Below are positions 1 to 9,651 of a stretch of 55,958 nucleotides of DNA, piece by piece (the stretch's first letter is position 1; each line of letters opens with the position of its first letter). The translations under genes were made by a program, and so were the position numbers. The DNA lies in contig CAXXSM010000103.1 of NCBI GenBank assembly GCA_963663405.2, forward strand, positions 1 through 55,958, written 5' to 3'. This stretch comes from a bacterium (GTDB lineage Bacteria > Hinthialibacterota > Hinthialibacteria > Hinthialibacterales > Hinthialibacteraceae). The notes under the pieces were generated by a model, which was given only the letters and a program-made list of their open reading frames with translations, was not told the origin of the DNA and made no database searches.

Positions 1-2
1 AT

Positions 3-1318
3 TTCGATGACGCTGGATTTATTCCTCGCCAAATCGCATCTTGGCTCTCACCCCTCATCGATAAAGGAGCGATATTTGTTGAAGGATGGATCCCCGAACA
101 ATCCACTTCTCATTCGATTCCCCGGCACAGAGGTTATCCGGTTACACTGAAAATCTTTCTATCCAAAAAAGGCGCTTATATTCTTCAATCCATACAGGCG
201 CCTTCGACAGAAGTGGAAGCGGTGCAAGAAACAATTCGGAGTGTCTTTGAAAGAGTATCTGAATACACGAAGCCGGACGTGATTCGAGGATTGGGCAAAC
301 GTCTCGAATCATTGGCTAAAAACATCATTTCCCCCGAAACGCATCTACTGTTAGCGTTATTCCTTCAAAAGCGAAAGAGATTGAAAACCGGCTGGGAAAC
401 ACCGCTCTCAACTCGATTCGTGATGTTTTGAAAAGACTCCGATTAGGAGAGCCGATCCATCATCACAATTTGACACTGTTCCCCATTTTGGCTAACAATG
501 GAACTTCTGCCAAATACGTGTTGCTGAAAAGCGCTCTCGATTCGGGAGACGCAGTTCTTGAAGAAGTGTCGGAAGAAGGTGAAGTGAACGAACTCATTCT
601 TCAAAATCATGGATTCTCCCCGGTCTTGATTCCAGGGGGTGAAATTCTAACGGGCGCGAAACAGAACCGAATCGTCAATATCTCCATTCTCGTGGCGGCG
701 GAAAGCGATCTCCGTATTCCTGTGAGCTGTGTGGAACGAGGACGCTGGGAATATGCGTCACATAAATTTGAAGCCACCCACTACGCCCATCCCACACTAC
801 GCCGCCGAACCATGCAAAGCGCCCAAGCGTGTCGATCTGAATCGGGAATCGCTCGAAGCGATCAAGGCGCTGTCTGGGAAGCCGTGGAGTCGCATCTTCA
901 CGATCTCAAGTCATCTTCGCCTACTGAATCGGTTACGGACGGCTATCAACAGGCCAACGAACGAATTAAAGAATACCGGGGGAAATTTACGCTTCCAGAG
1001 GAGACTACAGGTGTTTTAGTTTGCAGTGGCAAAAAGATCATTGGAATGGATTGTTTTGATTCTCCCACCATTTTTCAACAATGTTGGAATCGACTAGCGA
1101 TTCGTATTTCATGGAAGCCATTTGCGATCCCGATCAAAAAGAGGAGACGCCCCTTCAAACCACCAAAGAATTCATCGAAAAAGTCTCTCAAAAAAATTGA
1201 GTTAGCGGATTCATCGGTAGGATTGGGGAATGAATTGATTATTCAGGATGAAGATATGACAGGATCGGGCGTGTGGTATTCGGATTCACTCTGCCATCTC
1301 TCGATATTCAGCATTTGA
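3..1318 (+). CDS. 5'-truncated probable HIRAN domain + ARPP-1 (DUF6569) fusion protein; apparent frameshift at ~361 and a compensating pair at ~1098/~1195
   Basis: The frame from base 3 reads DAGFIPRQIASWLSPLIDKG, which resembles the HIRAN C-terminal motif GYxPR...laplLD.G. One missing C at ttcct (~361) would join it to PSKAKEIENRLG...LKRLRLGEP. 428-1318 carries NLTLFP, GEILTGAKQNR, IPVSCVERGRW and DQGAVW, typical of DUF6569/ARPP-1. The alternative frame at 1099-1195 reads DSYFMEA..., which fits the family better than the given frame. Confidence 0.65.
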
Positions 1319-1479
1319 GCATATTGAGTTGTACCCAACTAGAAACAAGTCACATCAGGGGAATTCAATTCCTGCAAATTATGCTTGCATTTGTTGATTT
1401 ATTCTTAAAAGTGCTTCTGGTATATGTTATTATCATCACTTAACCATTGGACATATGAATAATTCATGGAGAAAATCCA

Positions 1480-3708
1480 ATGCAATACTATGCGCATACA
1501 TCGCCATACAACAATGAAAACGGGCCATGGCATAAATTGTACGACCATTTGGATTCCGTCGCTCGCATGGCAAATCAATTCGCCCAAGATGCCTTGCCAG
1601 ACTGCCCAGATTTCGCGGATAAAGCGTTTCTTGCTGGTTTGCTGCATGATCTGGGGAAATACCGGCAAGAATTTCAGGAATATCTACATGGAAAACGTAT
1701 CTCCAGTCCAGAAACGCATCACTCAATTTATGGAGCTTCCGCCGGATTGTTTGATTTCAATTCTCTTGGAAGCGCAGTAACCATAGCTGGGCATCATACG
1801 GGATTGTCTAAAGTTGCGTGTGAATTAAAAGATCGTATATCAAAAGTAAAAAAGCAAGTACCATCTTTACTGGAAATTCTTGCAAAGGATTTGGGGGAAA
1901 TTCCACGAAACGCTTCGGCTTCTGATTTAGACGATATTTTACGCGTTGAAGTCATGATTCGTATGCTCTTTTCCTGCCTTGTCGACGCGGATTGGACGGA
2001 CACGGCTCAACACATGCAATCATATCAGCCAATCCACCGAATCGTTCGAGGCAACTGACTTAGCAAGCAAAATAAAATCCTATATTCAGAAACTAACACA
2101 AAAGGCTGAAAAGAATGAATTAAACCGTATCCGCGAACAAATCTTACACTGTGCATTAGAACGAGCGGTCTTTCCTCCTGGATTCTTCACGATGACCGTT
2201 CCTACGGGAGGGGGCAAAACTCTTTCATCCATGGTTTTCGCTCTTGAACATGCGCGTCATCATCAGTTGCGGCGTGTCATTGTTGTCATCCCTTATCTAT
2301 CCATCATTGAACAAAACGCCAAGATCTACCGCTCGATATTTGGAGAGGAACATGGTTGTTGAACACCACTGTGCGGCTCCGATGAATGACAATGATCAAG
2401 AGAACAAAGAGAACGATTCAATTCGCTTAGCCGTAGAGAATTGGGATGCTCCAATCATCGTTACGACCTCGGTTCAATTCTTCGAATCACTCTTCTCATC
2501 GAAACCAAGCCGATGCCGCAAGCTGCACAATATCGCACGGTCTGTAGTGATTGTTGATGAAAGTCAAGCGCTTCCAATTCACATTCTCAATCCAGTGCTT
2601 AGCGTAATGAAGGAATTAGTCCATACATACAAAGTCAGTTTTCTTTTATGCTCCGCCACACAACCATGTTTCAGCAGTGTCAATCTGGATGAAAAACTTG
2701 ATGATTGCCAGGTTCGAGAAATTGCGCCAAATCCTCCAGCGCTGTTTCAACAATTAAAACGCGCTCACTATCACTTTCCCCAACCTGGAGAACGTTTGTC
2801 TTGGAATGAACTAGCGGGACAAATCATAAATCAGAAGCAGGCTTTAATTATCGTGAATACACGCCGCCAAGCATTCGAACTTTATGAAATTCTCACACAA
2901 ATTCTTCCAGAATCCGAACGGGAAAGTCTATTTCATTTATCTTCTTCGATGTGCGCGAAACACAGAGAACATCTATTGGGAGATCCTGGCAGCGAATCAT
3001 TGGACACTGTTCATGGGCGGCTTCATCAAAATGTTTGCTGCTACTTAGTATCAACACAACTTGTGGAGGCGGGTGTCGATATTGATTTCCCTGTTCTTTT
3101 CCGGGCCATTGGACCTTTGGATTCAATCGTCCAAGCGGCGGGACGCTGCAACCGCGAAGGACGGCTGCGCCGTGGTGATACCTATGTTTTCATCCCTGAC
3201 ATTGATCCCATTGTGCCACCGGGAAGTTATAAAACGGCCACGGAATTAACTGTGACTCTCATGGGTGAAAAACGCTGCGACAATTAGGTACCGATCCTGC
3301 CATATTTCCTCAATACTTTAACCGGCTTTACAGTTTTCTAATTCGGATGCGCAACCGCAAGGAGAAAAAACCATACAAGAGGCAAGAAGAAATTTGGATT
3401 ATCCATATGTTTCCAAACATGCCCGCCTGATTAAAGAAGAGAGTACGCCAGTAGTCGTGCCCTATGGTGAAAGTCCAAGCATTATTCAAGCGATACGAGA
3501 TAAAGGTATATTCACACGTGACGACCTGCGCCGTTTGCAGCCATACATGGTTTCCTTACGGCAAAATGATATCGATAATTTGAGTTATCGTGACGCGTTA
3601 GAAAATCTATTCTTTTCGGTAGAACTACTCATTCTGCGGGATGGGTATTACAGCCCTCAACTTGGGTTGTTAATCAATCAACGCCCTATGGAGGATTATG
3701 TCTTATGA
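1480..3708 (+). CDS. cas3: CRISPR-associated helicase/nuclease Cas3 (HD + SF2 helicase), split by at least 4 apparent frameshifts (~2030, ~2345, ~3270, ~3335)
   Basis: YYAHT...HL, LLHDLGK, GHHTGL and SCLVDADW (HD domain); VPTGGGKT (Walker A); DESQ, SATQ, STQLVEAGVDIDF and QAAGRCNREG motifs lie in consecutive overlapping ORFs. The stop overlaps the cas5 start (ATGA). Confidence 0.92.
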
Positions 3709-4520
3709 AAGTACCAATTGTATCCTTACTTGTATGGGGTGATTTCGCTTGTTTCACCCGGCCAGAGATGAAAGTCGAACGCGTATCCTATCCGATCATG
3801 ACACCAGCAGCGGCGCGGGGAGTTTTGGAAGCCATCCTATGGGAACCACAATTTTACTATGTAATCCAAGAAATCTCCGTCGTGAAACATGAAACCGCTA
3901 ATGGAAAGCAATATGGAAAAGGACAGTGGCTTTCCTTCCGAAGAAATGAATTGCAATCCGTGGTCAGTATTAGTAGCGCCAAAAGCTGGATGAATGGAAC
4001 AAAATCAGTTTCATACATTCATGCGGGAGGCGGCGCGGAAGACGCTACCCAGCGGAACACGCTCGCTCTTCAATCCGTCGCGTATCTCATCCAAGCGCGC
4101 ATTCAACTGAGCGCGCTGGCTAAACAACCCCGCGACAATCCACAGAAATATTACGAGCGTTTTCGCAAACGGGCGCGAACGGGAAAGTGCTTCCATCGTC
4201 CCTGTTTCGGCTGCCGTGAATTCGCCGTGGATTTCGAGTGGTGTGAAGATCCGTCATTGGTCCCCGTAGAGAACTGGCCGGAAGAAGATCTGGGTTGGAT
4301 GATCTACGATATTTTCGATCCATCCCATCGCCAGGAGGGATTCGCCTGGTTCCGTGACGATTTGGATCTTCCAGATTCGTATGCGAAAAAACAAAAGCAA
4401 TCCCAAAAACAAGGCTATGTGGGAACAATGATTGAGCCAACACCAGTGTTTTTCCGCGCTCAAATTAAAGACGGCCGTATGAATTGCGATCCCGGACAAA
4501 TCGAGATTCTTCGGAGTTAG
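3705..4520 (+). CDS. cas5: Type I-C Cas5 (Cas5c/Cas5d)
   Basis: VWGDFACFTRPEMKVERVSYPIMTPAAARGVLEAILW and GKCFHRPCFGCREF signatures. Confidence 0.95.
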   Translation: MKVPIVSLLVWGDFACFTRPEMKVERVSYPIMTPAAARGVLEAILWEPQFYYVIQEISVVKHETANGKQYGKGQWLSFRRNELQSVVSISSAKSWMNGTKSVSYIHAGGGAEDATQRNTLALQSVAYLIQARIQLSALAKQPRDNPQKYYERFRKRARTGKCFHRPCFGCREFAVDFEWCEDPSLVPVENWPEEDLGWMIYDIFDPSHRQEGFAWFRDDLDLPDSYAKKQKQSQKQGYVGTMIEPTPVFFRAQIKDGRMNCDPGQIEILRS

Positions 4521-4537
4521 AGAAAGGGGGTGATGTA

Positions 4538-6472
4538 ATGCTTCTGCAAGCGCTTTATGAATACGCCGTAACAAATGATCTTCTTAAAGACAGCGCGTTT
4601 GAAAATCGTCCCGTTCGCTGGGTGATCCCACTTGACGCGGATGGCAATATGCGAGGCGAAGGATTGATTGATTTGGTGAGTCCAGATGAGAAGAAAGGTA
4701 GAACATTTTCCTGCCCTAAAACCATCCGGCCTAAAACTGGCGGGGGAGTAGCGGAATTTCTTGCCGATACAATCACACCGGTTTTTAATATTGAGTCGGA
4801 TCCAATGAAATTAGAAGATTCCATTCCACCGGCTCGTGCTAGACGAGAAAAGAATAATAGAGAAAAGCATCAGGATTTCTTAGACCAAATTGAACAAGGT
4901 TTTCTGAAAACAGAATCACCAATCCTTAAAGCGATTAGCAATTATTATAAAAAATATAAAACATTGGGTGACCTTCAACCTAAATATTCTTTCCTGCGTT
5001 GGGGATTATCCCCCAATCCCAAGCAAAACGAAAAAGAAAAGTGGTGGGTAATGAGCGCTACTGGTGAAACCGCTCTTAACGCAGGAGATCGATTTACGTT
5101 TGAAATTGATGGATCTCTTGCGCTTACTGATCCCCAATTGCGGGTGTATTGGCGTTCCGATGTTTCAGCCTTAGAACGATCAGAAACTGAGATAAATGCT
5201 AAAAGAGGAATATGTATAATCACAGGAAAAAGAGAGCAGGCAATCACACGAAGTCATCCAAAAATTAAAAAAGTTCCTGGCGCACAAGCGGAATCATACT
5301 TAATTTCATACTCAGCCCAGACAGCTGGAGATGTATGTTCATTTTCTTCCTTTGGATGGAAAAAAGGTCAGAACGCGCCAGTCTCCACCGAAGCAAGTGA
5401 AGCCTATGCCTTTGCATTAAACGATCTTTTATCTAACAATGATCGTCATATTCGGCTAGGACCTATCGTGATTTGCTTTTGGGCGAAACGGCATCAGGAA
5501 TTTTCGGATGCGCTCCGTAATCTATTTTACAAGCCATCCACTGAATCCATTCGATTGTTTTTCCAGAAATGGCGTATGGGCATAGAAGATAATGAAATCA
5601 AATACGACCGCTTTTATAGTCTGTCTTTATCGGGAAACGCGGGTAGGGTCGCCGTGCGTCGTTGGTTCGATCAATCTCTTGAAGAAGTGTCAAAGAATAT
5701 CAAGCAGTGGTTTGATGACTTGGAGATCCAAGAAATTGTCAAAAAGAAAAAGGAAGGTGATAGTAATAAGGAACTTCCCTTCTCTCTTTTAAATCTCGCA
5801 TCGGCGACTGTCCGGGATCGAAAAGATATTCTCGCAGAAGTGCCCATTCGCTTGAGCGCCGCCGCTCTGGAAGGTAACGAGCCTCCCTTGTTATGGCTCA
5901 AACCGATTTTGCACCGCTTTCATTGCGATTTGGTCAAACGCAACGATCCCAAATCGTATCCATTCAATCCATCGCGTTTTGCATTGATTAAGTTAATCCT
6001 CATCCGGAATTGTAAGAAAGGAGTTAGTTTCATGCCTACTGTTTCTCTAACCGAGACAAACGATAAAGCTTACAACTTGGGACGCCTATTGGCTGTGTTT
6101 GAACGACTGCAGGATACCGCGCATGAATTCCAATTGGAGGGCGCGGGTGTAATCGAGAGATATTATGGAACGGCCAGTTCCTCACCGGCTACGATTTTCC
6201 CTCTTCTGATTCGGTTATCACGTCACCATCTTCGTAAATTGGAACGTTCAGTAGAAAAAGGAAAAAAAAGCGCCTATTTCATAGACAAAGAGATCGCTGC
6301 GATTTTAGCCACGATAGAAAGCCATGTGGAAGGCGCTCCCCCTTCTTTTCCCCGCTCTTTGAGTCTCGAAGAGCAGGGCCGCTTCGCATTGGGCTTCTAT
6401 CAGCAAAAAGCATATGAATCACAAAAAGCCGAAGAACGAAAAATAAAAAAAGAATCAGAAAACAATGACTAA
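4538..6472 (+). CDS. cas8c: Type I-C large subunit Cas8c/Csd1
   Basis: MLLQALYEYA start after a GGGGG RBS; CIITG, SFSSFG..GQNAPVS, LSGNAGRVAVR, AYNLGRLLAVFE and EQGRFALGFYQQ motifs. Confidence 0.93.
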   Translation: MLLQALYEYAVTNDLLKDSAFENRPVRWVIPLDADGNMRGEGLIDLVSPDEKKGRTFSCPKTIRPKTGGGVAEFLADTITPVFNIESDPMKLEDSIPPARARREKNNREKHQDFLDQIEQGFLKTESPILKAISNYYKKYKTLGDLQPKYSFLRWGLSPNPKQNEKEKWWVMSATGETALNAGDRFTFEIDGSLALTDPQLRVYWRSDVSALERSETEINAKRGICIITGKREQAITRSHPKIKKVPGAQAESYLISYSAQTAGDVCSFSSFGWKKGQNAPVSTEASEAYAFALNDLLSNNDRHIRLGPIVICFWAKRHQEFSDALRNLFYKPSTESIRLFFQKWRMGIEDNEIKYDRFYSLSLSGNAGRVAVRRWFDQSLEEVSKNIKQWFDDLEIQEIVKKKKEGDSNKELPFSLLNLASATVRDRKDILAEVPIRLSAAALEGNEPPLLWLKPILHRFHCDLVKRNDPKSYPFNPSRFALIKLILIRNCKKGVSFMPTVSLTETNDKAYNLGRLLAVFERLQDTAHEFQLEGAGVIERYYGTASSSPATIFPLLIRLSRHHLRKLERSVEKGKKSAYFIDKEIAAILATIESHVEGAPPSFPRSLSLEEQGRFALGFYQQKAYESQKAEERKIKKESENND

Positions 6473-6496
6473 TTAAAAAAATAGGAGATATAAAAA

Positions 6497-7441
6497 ATGA
6501 ACAATAACATAATCACTAACCGCCATGACCTTCTCATTCTTTTCGATGTGACAAACGGGAATCCCAATGGGGATCCAGACGCTGGCAACATGCCCCGAAT
6601 CGAACCGAATACCAACAAAGGATTGATTTCTGATGTCTGTATCAAGCGAAAAATTCGGAATTATGTGCTTGATTTCCCTCCAAATGAGAATACGTCAGGA
6701 AATCAATATGATATTCTTATACGGCAGGGAACTGTGATTGAGACTGAAATCAACGATGCGATCGAACAAGCAGAAAATGTAAATTCCATTCAAGGCTCTT
6801 GCCACGAAGAACGGACAAAAAATTGGCTCTGCCGAAGGTTCTACGATATCCGCGCATTTGGCGGTGTGCTTTCTACAGGACAGAAAATTATGAAAGGCTC
6901 CGCTTATGGTCAAGTGCGGGGGCCCGTTCAATTCACTTTTGCGCAATCCCTTGATCCGATTACACCTCTGGAAATTTCCATTACCCGTTGCGCGGTAACG
7001 AAAGAGGCTGACGCGGAGAAAGAACGCACCATGGGGAATAAACACATCGTTCCCTATGCGCTCTATCTCGCCAAAGGATATGTCTCGCCATCATTCGCGG
7101 AAAAAACCGGTTTTACTAACGACGATTATGAAATTTTCGTTCAAGCGTTATCGCAGATGTTCGAGAACGACCGATCCGCCGCGCGTGGAGAAATGATCGT
7201 TCGAGGGATTTACGATTTTGAGCACATCGGCACGCAAGGAGAAACGAACGCCGCGCAGAATCGGCAAGAAGCCAAATTAGGATGCGCGCCCGCGCATAAA
7301 CTCTTCGATACCATCCAGATCCAATTGAAAGAAGACAAAGAATTCCCCGCTTCATTTGATGATTACCAAATCACTTGCTCCTATAAAGAGGATCTTTTCA
7401 AAGGTGTCCGGCTGCATAAACGCATTGATCCGAAAGAATAA
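6497..7441 (+). CDS. cas7: Type I-C Cas7/Csd2
   Basis: FDVTNGNPNGDPDAGNMPR, DVCIKRKIRNY, YDIRAFG, GQVRGPVQ, TMGNKHIVPY and MFENDRSAARG motifs. Confidence 0.96.
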   Translation: MNNNIITNRHDLLILFDVTNGNPNGDPDAGNMPRIEPNTNKGLISDVCIKRKIRNYVLDFPPNENTSGNQYDILIRQGTVIETEINDAIEQAENVNSIQGSCHEERTKNWLCRRFYDIRAFGGVLSTGQKIMKGSAYGQVRGPVQFTFAQSLDPITPLEISITRCAVTKEADAEKERTMGNKHIVPYALYLAKGYVSPSFAEKTGFTNDDYEIFVQALSQMFENDRSAARGEMIVRGIYDFEHIGTQGETNAAQNRQEAKLGCAPAHKLFDTIQIQLKEDKEFPASFDDYQITCSYKEDLFKGVRLHKRIDPKE

Positions 7442-7446
7442 GTCAG

Positions 7447-8106
7447 ATGCGAAATCATCAGAATAAAACCTCTTGGTCAGATGAGGAGATCGTATTGATC
7501 TCCTCGTTGAACCAATATGTGTTCTGCCCTCGACGCTGTTATTTAATCAACGTCGAGGGCGTCTTCCTTGAAAATCTTTATACATTGGAAGGCAGTCAAT
7601 CACATGAAACGGCGGATCTGCCTGGATTGGAAACTCGAAAGAATGTGCGTATCGTCCGGGCGCTGCCGTTGTACGCAGATAAACTGGGCGTTCAAGGCAA
7701 GGCGGATGTGATTGAATTTCACCTTCAACCTGACGGCTCCGAACGCCCCTACCCGATTGAATACAAACGCGGCCGAAAAAAACAGTGGGATAACGACGAC
7801 GTTCAACTCTGCGCACAGGGACTCTGTTTAGAAGAAATGACACAGCGGGATGTTCCCGAAGGCGCGATCTTTCATGTGAAGTCAAAACGGCGGCGTGTGG
7901 TTCCCTTCACGGAATCTCTTCGAAATCAGACCTTCGAAATTATCAAAAAAGTACGCGCGTTGGCAATGAGTGAACGAATACCATCACCGGTGAATCACCC
8001 GAAGTGTGAGGGATGTTCAATGAAGCTGATTTGCATGCCGGATATTTGCGGAAGACCAGAATCGATTATGAAAGCGGCGAAGAATTTGTTCGAAACGGAG
8101 GAATAA
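7447..8106 (+). CDS. cas4: CRISPR-associated Cas4
   Basis: ISSLNQYVFCPRR, GKADVIE, PIEYKRG, QLCAQGLCLEE and a C-terminal C..CS...C Fe-S cluster motif. Confidence 0.95.
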   Translation: MRNHQNKTSWSDEEIVLISSLNQYVFCPRRCYLINVEGVFLENLYTLEGSQSHETADLPGLETRKNVRIVRALPLYADKLGVQGKADVIEFHLQPDGSERPYPIEYKRGRKKQWDNDDVQLCAQGLCLEEMTQRDVPEGAIFHVKSKRRRVVPFTESLRNQTFEIIKKVRALAMSERIPSPVNHPKCEGCSMKLICMPDICGRPESIMKAAKNLFETEE

Positions 8107-8109
8107 AAT

Positions 8110-9141
8110 ATGGATGTCATACAAAACACACTCTATGTGCTGACTCAGGGAATGTACCTCCGCCGCGATCATCAAACTATTCGGATTGAATCGGACGGGA
8201 AAACTCACTTATCGTTGCCAATCCATAATATCGAAGCGATCGCTTTGTTCGGACATATCATGTTTACACCAGGTGTGCTCGATCTATGCGCGAATCAGGG
8301 GGTGCCGATCACTTTTTTAAAAGAGTCAGGACGATTAATTGCTCGTGTAGACGCCCCGGTTTCGGGAAATGTCTTACTCCGCCGGGAACAATTCCGGAAA
8401 GCGGATTCTTCCCAAGCGACGGTTCAGATTGCTCGCAACATTGTCGCTGGGAAAATCCAGAACACTCGCGCATTGCTGCTTCGTACAGGACGGGAGAGTC
8501 GTGATGAGGATGACACACAAACGTTAAAAACCGCTTCGAGTTTAATGGCGAATATCCTGCAAAGATTGGCGAGAGCCGACACACTCGATACCATCCGTGG
8601 CTACGAAGGAGAAGCCGCGCGCGCTTACTTTCAAGTGTTTAATCAAATGATCCGGAAGCAGCAAGATGATTTTATATTAAAAGGACGAACGCGCCGTCCT
8701 CCTCTCGATAAGGTGAATGCGCTTCTTTCATTTCTATACGCAGTATTACTGCATGATTGTATCGCGGCGTTGACAGCCGCTGGACTCGATCCGAATGTGG
8801 GCTTTCTACACGCCGACCGGCCCGGAAAACCGTCTTTGGCGTTGGATCTCATGGAGGAATTTCGCCCCTTACTAGCCGATCGCCTCGTTCTTTCTTTGAT
8901 AAACAGACGCCAAGTTGCGTCGAAGAATTTTCTCATTCGAGACGGAGGGGCAGTAGAAATGAACGATGACACACGACGGACAATTATCTCCGCTTGGCAA
9001 ACAAGGAAACAGGAGATCGTGACCCACCCTCTGTTGGAACAAAAAGCACGAATCGCGCTACTCCCTTTCTTACAGGCCAAATTACTTGCGCGGCATATCC
9101 GTGGGGACCTGCCTGACTACGCGCCGTGTGTTTTAAAATAA
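8110..9141 (+). CDS. cas1: Type I-C Cas1
   Basis: NTLYVLTQG, GNVLLRREQ, RGYEGEAARAYF, RRPPLDKVNALLSF and LALDLMEEFR motifs. Confidence 0.97.
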   Translation: MDVIQNTLYVLTQGMYLRRDHQTIRIESDGKTHLSLPIHNIEAIALFGHIMFTPGVLDLCANQGVPITFLKESGRLIARVDAPVSGNVLLRREQFRKADSSQATVQIARNIVAGKIQNTRALLLRTGRESRDEDDTQTLKTASSLMANILQRLARADTLDTIRGYEGEAARAYFQVFNQMIRKQQDDFILKGRTRRPPLDKVNALLSFLYAVLLHDCIAALTAAGLDPNVGFLHADRPGKPSLALDLMEEFRPLLADRLVLSLINRRQVASKNFLIRDGGAVEMNDDTRRTIISAWQTRKQEIVTHPLLEQKARIALLPFLQAKLLARHIRGDLPDYAPCVLK

Positions 9142-9158
9142 GGAAGGAAAAAAGAATC

Positions 9159-9449
9159 ATGTTGGTTCTTATCACCTACGATGTAAGTACAATTACGAAA
9201 AAAGGGCGAAGACGCCTTCGCCGCATCGCAATAGCCTGTCAAGATTACGGTATTCGCGTACAAAAATCTGTCTTTGAATGCATAGTTGATGACGTGGGGT
9301 GGAGACAATTGAAACATCGTTTACTTGAAGAATACGATGAAAAGGAGGATAGCCTACGGTTTTATCTTCTTTGTGTCGACGACCAAAAGCGGATCGAGCA
9401 TCATGGGTGTGGAAAGCCGATCGATCTAGAAGAACCATTGATTATTTAA
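9159..9449 (+). CDS. cas2: Cas2
   Basis: MLVLITYDV...RRLRRIA..C.DYG.RVQKSVFEC...DSLRFY; 96 aa from the ATG at 9159. Confidence 0.96.
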   Translation: MLVLITYDVSTITKKGRRRLRRIAIACQDYGIRVQKSVFECIVDDVGWRQLKHRLLEEYDEKEDSLRFYLLCVDDQKRIEHHGCGKPIDLEEPLII

Positions 9450-9651
9450 TACTGGTGTGATTTAATTGGAGGATCGCGAATCACAAGCGCCCAGAATAAT
9501 CCTAGCAGGTTCGCGCAAATCATAATTTCAATAAAAAGAAAGGCTTACAAAAAGTGGTTTTCCCTTCGCTAGTATTTTTTAACTTATATGTCATAGGTAC
9601 GCGCAATAGAAACATTCAAAGCGTGTCAATAGGATACATGCGAAGGGCGCA
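9450..9651 (+). promoter_or_regulatory. CRISPR leader
   Basis: Non-coding, AT-rich ~200 bp between cas2 and the first repeat. Repeats end in ATTGAAAC, consistent with + strand transcription. Confidence 0.8.
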
